Assembly (NCBI GenBank): GCA_964016885.1
Contig: OZ024740.1
Location: 416,082,001 to 416,146,000 of the forward strand
Source: Eledone cirrhosa
Lineage: Eukaryota
Length of the DNA stretch: 64,000 nt
Reading direction: 5' to 3'
Shown piece by piece: positions 30,001-45,000 of this stretch. The first letter of the stretch is position 1; every line of letters begins with the position of its first letter. The notes below the pieces were generated by a model, which was not told where the DNA came from, ran no database searches, and saw only the letters and a list, made by a program, of their open reading frames with translations. A program made the translations under genes and the position numbers.

Positions 30001-33000
30001 AACCTATAGAATTGCTAAAATTATTTACTACTCAAACCTTTAGAATTGCTAAATTTATTTACTACTCAAACCTTTAGAATTGATAAATTTATTTACTATT
30101 CAAACCTTTAGAATTGCTAAATTTATTTACTACTCAAACCTTTAGAATTGCTAAATTTATTTACTACTCAAACCTTTAGAATTGCTAAATTTATTTCATA
30201 CTCAAACCTTTAGATTTGGTAAATTTATTCACTACTCAAACCTTTAGAATTGCTAAATTTATTTACTACTCAAACCTTTAGAATTGCTAAATTTATTAAC
30301 TACTCAAACCTTTAGAATTGCTAAATTTATTAACTACTCAAACCTTTAGAATTGCTAAATTTATTCACTACTCAAACCTTTAGAATTGCTAAATTTATTC
30401 ACTACTCAAACCTTTAGAATTGCTAAATTTATTTACTACTCAAACCTTTAGAATTGATAAATTTATTTACTACTCAAACCTTTAGAATTGCTAAATTTAT
30501 TAACTATTCAAGCCTATAGAATTGCTAAAATTATTTACTACTCAAACCTTTAGAATTGCTAAATTTATTTACTACTCAAACCTTTAGAATTGATAAATTT
30601 ATTTACTACTCAAACCTTTAGAATTGCTAAATTTATTTACAATTCAATCCTTTAGAATTGCTAAATTTATTTGCTACTCAACCCTTTAGAATTGCTAAAT
30701 TTATTTACTACTCAAACCTTTAGAATTGCTAAATTTATTTACTATTCAATCCTTTAGAATTGCTAAATTTATTTACTACTCAAACCTTTAGAATTGCTAA
30801 ATTTATTTACTACTCAAACCTTTAGAATTGCTAAATTTATTTACTACTCAAACCTTTAGAATTGCTAAATTTATTTACTACTCAAACCTTTAGAATTGCT
30901 AAATTTATTTACTATTCAATACTTTAGAATTGCTAAATTTATTTACTACTCAAACCTTTAGAATTGCTAAATTTATTTACTACTCAAACCTTTAGAATTG
31001 CTAAATTTATTTACTACTCAAACCTTTAGAATTGCTAAATTTATTTACTAATCAAACCTTTAGAATTGATGAATTTATTTACTACTCAAACCTTTAGAAT
31101 TGCTAAATTTATTTACTACTCAAACCTTTAGTATTGCTAAATTTATTACTACTCAAACCTTTAGAATTGCTAAATTTATTAACTACTCAAACCTTTAGAA
31201 TTGCTAAATTTATTTACTACTCAAATCTTTAGAATTGCTAAATTTATTTACTACTCAAACCTTTAGAATTGGTAAATTTATTCACTACTCAAACCTTTAG
31301 AATTGCTAAATTTATTTACTACTCAAACCTTTAGAATTGCTAAATTTTTTAACTACTCAAACCTTTAGAATTGCTCAAATTATTTACTACTCAAACCTTT
31401 AGAATTGCTAAATTTATTTACTACTCAAACCTTTAGAATTGCTAAATTTATTTACTACTCAAACCTTTAGAATTGCTAAATTTATTTACTACTCAAACCT
31501 TTAGAATTGCTAAATTTATTTACTACTCAAACCTTTAGAATTGCTAAATTTATTTACTACTCAAACCTTTAGAATTGCTAAATTTATTTACTACTCAAAC
31601 CTTTAGAATTGCTAAATTTATTTACTAATCAAACCTTTAGAATTGATGAATTTATTTACTACTCAAACCTTTAGAATTGCTAAATTTATTTACTACTCAA
31701 ACCTTTAGTATTGCTAAATTTATTACTACTCAAACCTTTAGAATTGCTAAATTTATTAACTACTCAAACCTTTAGAATTGCTAAATTTATTTACTACTCA
31801 AATCTTTAGAATTGCTAAATTTATTTACTACTCAAACCTTTAGAATTGGTAAATTTATTCACTACTCAAACCTTTAGAATTGCTAAATTTATTTACTACT
31901 CAAACTTTTAGAATTGCTAAATTTTTAACTACTCAAACCTTTAGAATTGCTCAAATTATTTACTACTCAAACCTTTAGAATTGCTAAATTTATTTACTAT
32001 TCAAACCTTTAGAATTGCTAAATTTATTTACTACTCAAACCTTTAGAATTGCTAAATTTATTTACTACTCACACCTTTAGAATTGCTAAATTTATTTACT
32101 ACTCAAACCTTTAGAATTGCTAAATTTATTTACTACTCAAACCTTTAGAATTGCTAAATTTATTTACTACTCAAACCTTTAGAATTGCTAAATTTATTTA
32201 CTACTCAAACCTTTAGAATTGCTAAATTTATTTACTAATCAAACCTTTAGAATTGATGAATTTATTTACTACTCAAACCTTTAGAATTGCTAAATTTATT
32301 TACTACTCAAACCTTTAGTATTGCTAAATTTATTACTACTCAAACCTTTAGAATTGCTAAATTTATTAACTACTCAAACCTTTAGAATTGCTAAATTTAT
32401 TTACTACTCAAATCTTTAGAATTGCTAAATTTATTTACTACTCAAACCTTTAGAATTGGTAAATTTATTCACTACTCAAACCTTTAGAATTGCTAAATTT
32501 ATTTACTACTCAAACCTTTAGAATTGCTAAATTTTTAACTACTCAAACCTTTAGAATTGCTCAAATTATTTACTACTCAAACCTTTAGAATTGCTAAATT
32601 TATTTACTATTCAAACCTTTAGAATTGCTAAATTTATTTACTACTCAAACCTTTAGAATTGCTAAATTTATTTACTACTCACACCTTTAGAATTGCTAAA
32701 TGTATTTACTACTCACACCTTTAGAATTGCTAAATTTATTTACTACTCAAACCTTTAGAATTGCTAAATTTATTTACTACTCAAACCTTTAGAATTGCTA
32801 AATTTATTAACTACTCAAACCTTTAGAATTGCTAAAATTATTTACTACTCAAACCTTTAGAATTGCTAAATTTATTTACTACTCAAACCTTTAGAATTGA
32901 TAAATTTATTTACTACTCAAACCTTTAGAATTGCTAAATGTATTTACTACTCACACTTTTAGAATTGCTAAATTTATTTACTACTCAAACCTTTAGAATT

Positions 33001-36000
33001 GCTAAATTTATTTACTACTCAAACCTTTAGAATTGCTAAATTTATTAACTATTCAAACCTATAGAATTGCTAAAATTATTTACTACTCAAACCTTTAGAA
33101 TTGCTAAATTTATTTACTACTCAAACCTTTAGAATTGATAAATTTATTTACTACTCACACCTTTAGAATTGCTAAATTTATTTACTATTCAATCCTTTAG
33201 AATTGCTAAATTTATTTACTACTCAAACCTTTAGAATTGCTAAATTTATTTACTACTCAAACCTTTAGAATTGCTAAATTTATTTACTACTCAAACCTTT
33301 AGAATTGCTGAATTTATTTACTACTCAAACCTTTAGAATTGCTAAATTTATTTACTACTCAAACCTTTAGAATTGCTAAATTTATTTACTATTCAATCCT
33401 TTAGAATTGCTAAATTTATTTACTACTCAAACCTTTAGAATTGCTAAATTTATTTACTACTCAAACCTTTAGAATTGCTAAATTTATTTACTACTCAAAC
33501 CTTTAGAATTGCTAAATTTATTTACTAATCAAACCTTTATAATTGATGAATTTATTTACTACTCAAACCTTTAGAATTGCTAAATTTATTTACTACTCAA
33601 ACATTTAGTATTGCTAAATTTATTACTACTCAAACCTTTAGAATTGCTAAATTTATTAACTACTCAAACCTTTAGAATTGCTAAATTTATTTACTACTCA
33701 AATCTTTAGAATTGCTAAATTTATTTACTACTCAAACCTTTAGAATTGGTAAATTTATTCACTACTCAAACCTTTAGAATTGCTAAATTTATTTACTACT
33801 CAAACCTTTAGAATTGCTAAATTTTTAACTACTCAAACCTTTAGAATTGCTCAAATTATTTACTACTCAAACCTTTAGAATTGCTAAATTTATTTACTAT
33901 TCAAACCTTTAGAATTGCTAAATTTATTTACTACTCAAACCTTTAGAATTGCTAAATTTATTTACTACTCACACCTTTAGAATTGCTAAATGTATTTACT
34001 ACTCACACCTTTAGAATTGCTAAATTTATTTACTACTCAAACCTTTAGAATTGCTAAATTTATTTACTACTCAAACCTTTAGAATTGCTAAATTTATTAA
34101 CTACTCAAACCTTTAGAATTGCTAAAATTATTTACTACTCAAACCTTTAGAATTGCTAAATTTATTTACTACTCAAACCTTTAGAATTGATAAATTTATT
34201 TACTACTCAAACCTTTAGAATTGATAAATGTATTTACTACTCACACTTTTAGAATTGCTAAATTTATTTACTACTCAAACCTTTAGAATTGCTAAATTTA
34301 TTTACTACTTAAACCTTTAGAATTGCTAAATTTATTAACTATTCAAACCTATAGAATTGCTAAAATTATTTACTACTCAAACCTTTAGAATTGCTAAATT
34401 TATTTACTACTCAAACCTTTAGAATTGATAAATTTATTTACTACTCAAACCTTTAGAATTGCTAAATTTATTTACTATTCAATCCTTTAGAATTGCTAAA
34501 TATATTTACTACTCAAACCTTTAGAATTGCTAAATTTATTCACTACTCAAACTTTTTGAATTGCTAAATTTATTTACTACTCAAACCTTTAGAATTGCTA
34601 AATATATTTACTATTCAAACCTTTAGAATTGCTAAATTTATTTACTAGTCACACCTTTAGAATTGCTAAATTTATTTACTACTCAAACCTTTAGAATTGC
34701 TAAGTTTATTAACTACTCAAACCTTTAGAATTGCTAAATTTATTTCATACTCAAACCTTTAGATTTGGTAAATTTATTCACTACTCAAACCTTTAGAATT
34801 GCTCAATTTATTTACTACTCAAACCTTTAGAATTGCTAAATTTATTAACTACTCAAACCTTTAGAATTGCTAAATTTATTAACTACTCAAACCTTTAGAA
34901 TTGCTAAATTTATTCACTACTCAAACCTTTAGAATTGCTAAATTTATTCACTACTCAAACCTTTAGAATTGCTAAATTTATTTACTACTCAAACCTTTAG
35001 AATTGATAAATTTATTTACTACTCAAACCTTTAGAATTGATAAATTTATTAACTATTCAAGCCTATAGAATTGCTAAAATTATTTACTACTCAAACCTTT
35101 AGAATTGCTAAATTTATTTACTACTCAAACCTTTAGAATTGATAAATTTATTTACTACTCAAACCTTTAGAATTGCTAAATTTATTTACAATTCAATCCT
35201 TTAGAATTGCTAAATTTATTTACTACTCAACCCTTTAGAATTGCTAAATTTATTTACTACTCAAACCTTTAGAATTGCTAAATTTATTTACTATTCAATC
35301 CTTTAGAATTGCTAAATTTATTTACTACTCAAACCTTTAGAATTGCTAACTTTATTTACTACTCAAACCTTTAGAATTGCTAAATTTATTTACTACTCAA
35401 ACCTTTAGAATTGCTAAATTTATTTACTACTCAAACCTTTAGAATTGCTAAATATATTTACTATTCAATCCTTTAGAATTGCTAAATATATTTACTACTC
35501 AAACCTTTAGAATTGCTAAATTTATTTACTACTCAAACCTTTAGAATTGCTAAATTTATTTACTACTCAAACCTTTAGAATTGCTAAATTTATTTACTAA
35601 TCAAACCTTTAGAATTGATGAATTTATTTACTACTCAAACCTTTAGAATTGCTAAATTTATTTACTACTCAAACCTTTAGTATTGCTAAATTTATTACTA
35701 CTCAAACCTTTAGAATTGCTAAATTTATTTACTATTCAAACCTTTAGAACTGCTAAATTTATTTACTACTCAAATCTTTAGAATTGCTAAATTTATTTAC
35801 TACTCAAACCTTTAGAACTGCTAAATTTATTTACTACTCAAATCTTTAGAATTGCTAAATTTATTTACTACTCAAACCTTTAGAACTGCTAAATTTATTT
35901 ACTACTCAAATCTTTAGAATTGCTAAATTTATTTACTACTCAAACCTTTAGAATTGGTAAATTTATTCACTACTCAAACCTTTAGAATTGCTAAATTTAT

Positions 36001-39000
36001 TTACTACTCAAACCTTTAGAATTGCTAAATTTTTTAACTACTCAAGCCTTTATAATTGCTCAAATTATTTACTACTCAAACCTTTAGAATTGCTAAATTT
36101 ATTTACTATTCAAACCTTTAGAATTGCCAAATTTATTTACTACTCAAACCTTTAGAATTGCTAAATTTATTTACTACTCACACCTTTAGAATTGCTAAAT
36201 GTATTTACTACTCACACCTTTAGAATTGCTAAATTTATTTACTATTCAAACCTTTAGAATTGCTAAATGTATTTACTACTCAAACCTTTAGAATTGCTAA
36301 ATTTATTTACTACTCAAACCTTTAGAATTGATGAATTTATTTACTACTCAAACCTTTAGAATTGCTAAATTTATTTACTACTCAAACCTTTAGAATTGCT
36401 AAATTTATTTACTACTCAAACCTTAAAGTTGCTAAATTTATTTACTACTCAAACCTTTAGAATTGCTAAATTTATTAACTACTCACACCTTTAGAATTGA
36501 TAAATTTATTTACTACTCAAACCTTTAGAATTGCTAAATTTATTTACTATTCAATCCTTTAGAATTGCTAAATTTATTTACTACTCAAACCTTTAGAATT
36601 GCTAAATTTATTCACTACTCAACCCTTTTGAATTGCTAAATTTATTTACTACTCAAACCTTTAGAATTGCTAAATTTATTTACTATTCAAACCTTTAGAA
36701 TTGCTAAATTTATTTACTAGTCACACCTTTAGAATTGCTAAATTTATTTACTACTCAAACCTTTAGAATTGCTAAGTTTATTAACTACTCAAACCTTTAG
36801 AATTGCTAAATTTATTTCATACTCAAACCTTTAGATTTGGTTAATTTATTCACTACTCAAACCTTTAGAATTGCTAAATTTATTTACTACTCAAACCTTT
36901 AGAATTGCTAAATTTATCAACTACTTAAACCTTTAGAATTGCTAAATTTATTAACTACTCAAACCTTTAGAATTGCTAAATTTATTCACTACTCAAACCT
37001 TTAGAATTGCTAAATTTATTCACTACTCAAACCTTTAGAATTGCTAAATTTATTTACTACTCAAACCTTTAGAATTGATAAATTTATTTACTACTCAAAC
37101 CTTTAGAATTGCTAAATTTATTAACTATTCAAGCCTATAGAATTGCTAAAATTATTTACTACTCAAACCTTTAGAATTGCTAAATTTATTTACTACTCAA
37201 ACCTTTAGAATTGCTAAATTTATTCACTACTCAAACCTTTAGAATTGCTAAATTTATTCACTACTCAAACCTTTAGAATTGCTAAATTTATTTACTACTC
37301 AAACCTTTAGAATTGATGAATTTATTTACTACTCAAACCTTTAGAATTGCTAAATTTATTAACTATTCAAGCCTATAGAATTGCTAAAATTATTTACTAC
37401 TCAAACCTTTAGAATTGCTAAATTTATTTACTACTCAAACCTTTAGAATTGATAAATTTATTTACTACTCAAACCTTTAGAATTGCTAAATATATTTACT
37501 ACTCAAACCTTTAGAATTGCTAAATTTATTTACTACTCAAACCTTTAGAATTGCTAAATTTATTCACTACTCAAACCTTTAGAATTGCTAAATTTATTCA
37601 CTACTAAACCTTTTGAATTGCTAAATTTATTTACTACTCAAACCTTTAGAATTGCTAAATTTATTAACTACTCAAATCTTTAGAATTGCTCAAATTATTT
37701 ACTACTCAAACCTTTAGAATTGCTAAATTTATTTACTATTCAAACCTTTAGAATTGCTAAATTTATTTACTACTCAAACCTTTAGAATTGCTAAATGTAT
37801 TTACTACTAACACCTTTAGAATTGCTAAATTTATTTACTACTCAAACCTTTAGAATTGCTAAATTTATATACTACTCAAACCATTAGTGTTGTTAAATTT
37901 ATTAACTACTCAAACCTTTAGAATTGCTAAACCTATTTACTACTCAAACCTTTAGAATTGCTAAATTTATTTACTACTCAAACCTTTAGAATTGCTAAAT
38001 TTATTCACTACTCAAACCTTTAGAATTGCTAAATTTATTTACTACTCAAACCTTTAGAATTACTAAATTTATTAACTACTCAAACCTTTAGAATTGCTCA
38101 AATTATTTACTACTCAAACCTTTAGAATTGCTAAATTTATTTACTATTGAAACCTTTAGAATTGCTAAATTTATTTACTACTCAAACCTTTAGAATTGCT
38201 AAATGTATTTACTACTCACACTTTTAGAATTGCTAAATTTATTTACTACTCAAACCTTTAGAATTGCTAAATTTATTTACTACTCAAACCTTTAGAATTG
38301 CTAAATTTATTAACTATTCAAACCTATAGAATTGCTAAAATTATTTACTACTCAAACCTTTAGAATTGCTAAATTTTTTTAGTACTCAAACCTTTAGAAT
38401 TGGTAAATTTATTCACTACTCAAACCTTTAGAATTGCTAAATTTATTTACTACTCAAACCTTTAGAATTGCTAAATTTTGTAACTACTCAAACCTTTAGA
38501 ATTGCTCAAATTATTTACTACTCAAACCTTTAGAATTGCTAAATTTATTTACTATTCAAACCTTTAGAATTGCTAAATTTATTTACTACTCAAACCTTTA
38601 GAATTGCTAAATTTATTTACTACTCACACCTTTAGAATTGCTAAATGTATTTACTACTCACACCTTTAGAATTGCTAAATTTATTAACTACTCAAACCTT
38701 TAGAATTGCTAAAATTATTTACTACTCAAACCTTTAGAATTGCTAAATTTATTTACTATTCAAACCTTTAGAATTGCTAAATGTATTTACTACTCAAACC
38801 TTTAGAATTGCTAAATTTATTTACTACTCAAACCTTTAGAATTGATGAATTTATTTACTACTCAAACCTTTAGAATTTCTAAATTTATTTACTACTCAAA
38901 CCTTTAGAATTGCTAAATTTATTTACTACTCAAACCTTAAAATTGCTAAATTTATTTACTACTCAAACCTTTAGAATTGCTAAATTTATTAACTACTCAC

Positions 39001-42000
39001 ACCTTTAGGATTGCTAAATTTATTTACTACTCAAACCTTTAGAATTGCTAAATTTATTTACTATTCAATCCTTTAGAATTGCTAAATTTATTTACTACTC
39101 TAACCTTTAGAATTGCTAAATTTATTCACTACTCAAACCTTTTGATTTGCTAAATTTATTTACTACTCAAACCTTTAGAATTGCTAAATAATTTACTAGT
39201 CACACCTTTAGAATTGCTAAATTTATTTACTACTCAAACCTTTAGAATTGCTAAGTTTATTAACTACTCAAACCTTTAGAATTGCTAAATTTATTTCATA
39301 CTCAAACCTTTAGATTTGGTTAATTTATTCACTACTCAAACCTTTAGAATTGCTAAATTTATTTACTACTCAAACCTTTAGAATTGCTAAATTTATTAAC
39401 TACTCAAACCTTTAGAATTGCTAAATTTATTAACTACTCAAACCTTTAGAATTGCTAAATTTATTCACTACTCAAACCTTTAGAATTGCTAAATTTATTC
39501 ACTACTCAAACCTTTAGAATTGCTAAATTTATTTACTACTCAAACCTTTAGAATTGATAAATTTATTTACTACTCAAAGCTTTAGAATTGCTAAATTTAT
39601 TAACTATTCAAGCCTATAGAATTGCTAAAATTATTTACTACTCAAACCTTTAGAATTGCTAAATTTATTTACTACTCAAACCTTTAGAATTGATAAATTT
39701 ATTTACTACTCAAACCTTTAGAATTGCTAAATTTATTTACTACTCAAACCTTTAGAATTGCGAAATTTATTTACTACTCAAACCTTTAGAATTGCTAAAT
39801 TTATTCACTACTCAAACCTTTAGAATTGCTAAATTTATTCACTACTCAAACCTTTTGAATTGCTAAATTTATTTACTACTCAAACCTTTAGAATTGCTAA
39901 ATTTATTAACTACTCAAATCTTTAGAATTGCTCAAATTATTTACTACTCAAACCTTTAGAATTGCTAAATTTATTTACTATTCAAACCTTTAGAATTGCT
40001 AAATTTATTTACTACTCAAACCTTTAGAATTGCTAAATGTATTTACTACTAACACCTTTAGAATTGCTAAATTTATTTACTACTCAAACCTTTAGAACTG
40101 CTAAATTTATATACTACTCAAACCATTAGTGTTGCTAAATTTTTTTACTACTCAAACCTTTAGAATTGCTAAACCTATTTACTACTCAAACCTTTAGAAT
40201 TGCTAAATTTATTTACTACTCAAACCTTTAGAATTGCTAAATTTATTTACTACTCAAACCATTAGAATTGATGAATTTATTTACTACTCAAACCTTTAGA
40301 ATTGCTAAATTTATTACTACTCAAACCTTTAGAATTGCTAAATTTATTAACTACTCAAACCTTTAGAATTGCTAAATTTATTTACTACTCAAACCTTTAG
40401 AATTGCTAAATTTATTCACTACTCAAACCTTTAGAATTGCTAAATTTATTTACTACTCAAACCTTTAGAATTACTAAATTTATTAACTACTCAAACCTTT
40501 AGAATTGCTCAAATTATTTACTACTCAAACCTTTAGAATTGCTAAATTTATTTACTATTGAAACCTTTAGAATTGCTAAATTTATTTACTACTCAAACCT
40601 TTAGAATTGCTAAATGTATTTACTACTCACACTTTTAGAATTGCTAAATTTATTTACTACTCAAACCTTTAGAATTGCTAAATTTATATACTACTCAAAC
40701 CTTTAGAATTGCTAAATTTATTAAATATTCAAACCTATAGAATTGCTAAAATTATTTACTACTCAAACCTTTAGAATTGCTAAATTTTTTTACTACTCAA
40801 ACCTTTAGAATTGCTAAATTTATTACTACTCAAACCTTTAGAATTGCTAAATTTATTAACTACTCAAACCTTTAGAATTGCTAAATTTATTTACTACTCA
40901 AACCTTTAGAATTGCTAAATTTATTTACTATTCAAACCTTTAGAATTGCTAAATTTATTTACTAGTCACACCTTTAGAATTGCTAAATTTATTTACTACT
41001 CAAACCTTTAGAATTGCTAAGTTTATTAACTACTCAAACCTTTAGAATTGCTAAATTTATTTCATACTCAAACCTTTAGATTTGGTAAATTTATTCACTA
41101 CTCAAACCTTTAGAATTGCTAAATTTATTTACTACTCAAACCTTTAGAATTGCTAAATTTATTAACTACTCAAACCTTTAGAATTGCTAAATTTATTAAC
41201 TACTCCAACCTTTAGAATTGCTAAATTTATTCACTACTCAAACCTTTAGAATTGCTAAATTTATTCACTACTCAAACCTTTAGAATTGCTAAATTTATTT
41301 ACTACTCAAACCTTTAGAATTGATAAATTTATTTACTACTCAAACCTTTAGAATTGCTAAATTTATTAACTATTCAAGCCTATAGAATTGCTAAAATTAT
41401 TTACTACTCAAACCTTTAGAATTGCTAAATTTATTTACTACTCAAACCTTTAGAATTGCTAAATTTATTAACTACTCACACCTTTAGGATTGATAAATTT
41501 ATTTACTACTCAAACCTTTAGAATTGCTAAATTTATTTACTATTCAATCCTTTAGAATTGCTAAATTTATTTACTACTCTAACCTTTAGAATTGCTAAAT
41601 TTATTCACTACTCAAACCTTTTGATTTGCTAAATTTATTTACTACTCAAACCTTTAGAATTGCTAAATTTATTTACTATTCAAACCTTTAGAATTGCTAA
41701 ATAATTTACTAGTCACACCTTTAGAATTGCTAAATTTATTTACTACTCAAACCTTTAGAATTGCTAAGTTTATTAACTACTCAAACCTTTAGAATTGCTA
41801 AATTTATTTCATACTCAAACCTTTAGATTTGGTTAATTTATTCACTACTCAAACCTTTAGAATTGATAAATTTATTTACTACTCAAAGCTTTAGAATTGC
41901 TAAATTTATTAACTATTCAAGCCTATAGAATTGCTAAAATTATTTACTACTCAAACCTTTAGAATTGCTAAATTTATTTACTACTCAAACCTTTAGAATT

Positions 42001-45000
42001 GATAAATTTATTTACTACTCAAACCTTTAGAATTGCTAAATTTATTTACTACTCAAACCTTTAGAATTGCTAAATTTATTTACTACTCAAACCTTTAGAA
42101 TTGCTAAATTTATTCACTACTCAAACCTTTAGAATTGCTAAATTTATTCACTACTCAAACCTTTTGAATTGCTAAATTTATTTACTACTCAAACCTTTAG
42201 AATTGCTAAATTTATTAACTACTCAAATCTTTAGAATTGCTCAAATTATTTACTACTCAAACCTTTAGAATTGCTAAATTTATTTACTATTCAAACCTTT
42301 AGAATTGCTAAATTTATTTACTACTCAAACCTTTAGAATTGCTAAATGTATTTACTACTAACACCTTTAGAATTGCTAAATTTATTTACTACTCAAACCT
42401 TTAGAACTGCTAAATTTATATACTACTCAAACCATTAGTGTTGCTAAATTTTTTTACTACTCAAACCTTTAGAATTGCTAAACCTATTTACTACTCAAAC
42501 CTTTAGAATTGCTAAATTTATTTACTACTCAAACCTTTAGAATTGCTAAATTTATTTACTACTCAAACCATTAGAATTGATGAATTTATTTACTACTCAA
42601 ACCTTTAGAATTGCTAAATTTATTACTACTCAAACCTTTAGAATTGCTAAATTTATTAACTACTCAAACCTTTAGAATTGCTAAATTTATTTACTACTCA
42701 AACCTTTAGAATTGCTAAATTTATTCACTACTCAAACCTTTAGAATTGCTAAATTTATTTACTACTCAAACCTTTAGAATTACTAAATTTATTAACTACT
42801 CAAACCTTTAGAATTGCTCAAATTATTTACTACTCAAACCTTTAGAATTGCTAAATTTATTTACTATTGAAACCTTTAGAATTGCTAAATTTATTTACTA
42901 CTCAAACCTTTAGAATTGCTAAATGTATTTACTACTCACACTTTTAGAATTGCTAAATTTATTTACTACTCAAACCTTTAGAATTGCTAAATTTATATAC
43001 TACTCAAACCTTTAGAATTGCTAAATTTATTAAATATTCAAACCTATAGAATTGCTAAAATTATTTACTACTCAAACCTTTAGAATTGCTAAATTTTTTT
43101 ACTACTCAAACCTTTAGAATTGCTAAATTTATTACTACTCAAACCTTTAGAATTGCTAAATTTATTAACTACTCAAACCTTTAGAATTGCTAAATTTATT
43201 TACTACTCAAACCTTTAGAACTGCTAAATTTATTTACTACTCAAACCTTTTGAATTGCTAAATTTATTTACTACTCAAACCTTTAGAATTGCTAAATTTA
43301 TTTACTATTCAAACCTTTAGAATTGCTAAATTTATTTACTAGTCACACCTTTAGAATTGCTAAATTTATTTACTACTCAAACCTTTAGAATTGCTAAGTT
43401 TATTAACTACTCAAACCTTTAGAATTGCTAAATTTATTTCATACTCAAACCTTTAGATTTGGTAAATTTATTCACTACTCAAACCTTTAGAATTGCTAAA
43501 TTTATTTACTACTCAAACCTTTAGAATTGCTAAATTTATTAACTACTCAAACCTTTAGAATTGCTAAATTTATTAACTACTCCAACCTTTAGAATTGCTA
43601 AATTTATTCACTACTCAAACCTTTAGAATTGCTAAATTTATTCACTACTCAAACCTTTAGAATTGCTAAATTTATTTACTACTCAAACCTTTAGAATTGA
43701 TAAATTTATTTACTACTCAAACCTTTAGAATTGCTAAATTTATTAACTATTCAAGCCTATAGAATTGCTAAAATTATTTACTACTCAAACCTTTAGAATT
43801 GCTAAATTTATTTACTACTCAAACCTTTAGAATTGCTAAATTTATTAACTACTCACACCTTTAGGATTGATAAATTTATTTACTACTCAAACCTTTAGAA
43901 TTGCTAAATTTATTTACTATTCAATCCTTTAGAATTGCTAAATTTATTTACTACTCTAACCTTTAGAATTGCTAAATTTATTCACTACTCAAACCTTTTG
44001 ATTTGCTAAATTTATTTACTACTCAAACCTTTAGAATTGCTAAATTTATTTACTATTCAAACCTTTAGAATTGCTAAATAATTTACTAGTCACACCTTTA
44101 GAATTGCTAAATTTATTTACTACTCAAACCTTTAGAATTGCTAAGTTTATTAACTACTCAAACCTTTAGAATTGCTAAATTTATTTCATACTCAAACCTT
44201 TAGATTTGGTTAATTTATTCACTACTCAAACCTTTAGAATTGCTAAATTTATTTACTACTCAAACCTTTAGAATTGCTAAATTTATTAACTACTCAAACC
44301 TTTAGAATTGCTAAATTTATTAACTACTCAAACCTTTAGAATTGCTAAATTTATTCACTACTCAAACCTTTAGAATTGCTAAATTTATTCACTACTCAAA
44401 CCTTTAGAATTGCTAAATTTATTTACTACTCAAACCTTTAGAATTGATAAATTTATTTACTACTCAAAGCTTTAGAATTGCTAAATTTATTAACTATTCA
44501 AGCCTATAGAATTGCTAAAATTATTTACTACTCAAACCTTTAGAATTGCTAAATTTATTTACTACTCAAACCTTTAGAATTGATAAATTTATTTACTACT
44601 CAAACCTTTAGAATTGCTAAATTTATTTACTACTCAAACCTTTAGAATTGCTAAATTTATTTACTACTCAAACCTTTAGAATTGCTAAATTTATTCACTA
44701 CTCAAACCTTTAGAATTGCTAAATTTATTCACTACTCAAACCTTTTGAATTGCTAAATTTATTTACTACTCAAACCTTTAGAATTGCTAAATTTATTAAC
44801 TACTCAAATCTTTAGAATTGCTCAAATTATTTACTACTCAAACCTTTAGAATTGCTAAATTTATTTACTATTCAAACCTTTAGAATTGCTAAATTTATTT
44901 ACTACTCAAACCTTTAGAATTGCTAAATGTATTTACTACTAACACCTTTAGAATTGCTAAATTTATTTACTACTCAAACCTTTAGAACTGCTAAATTTAT

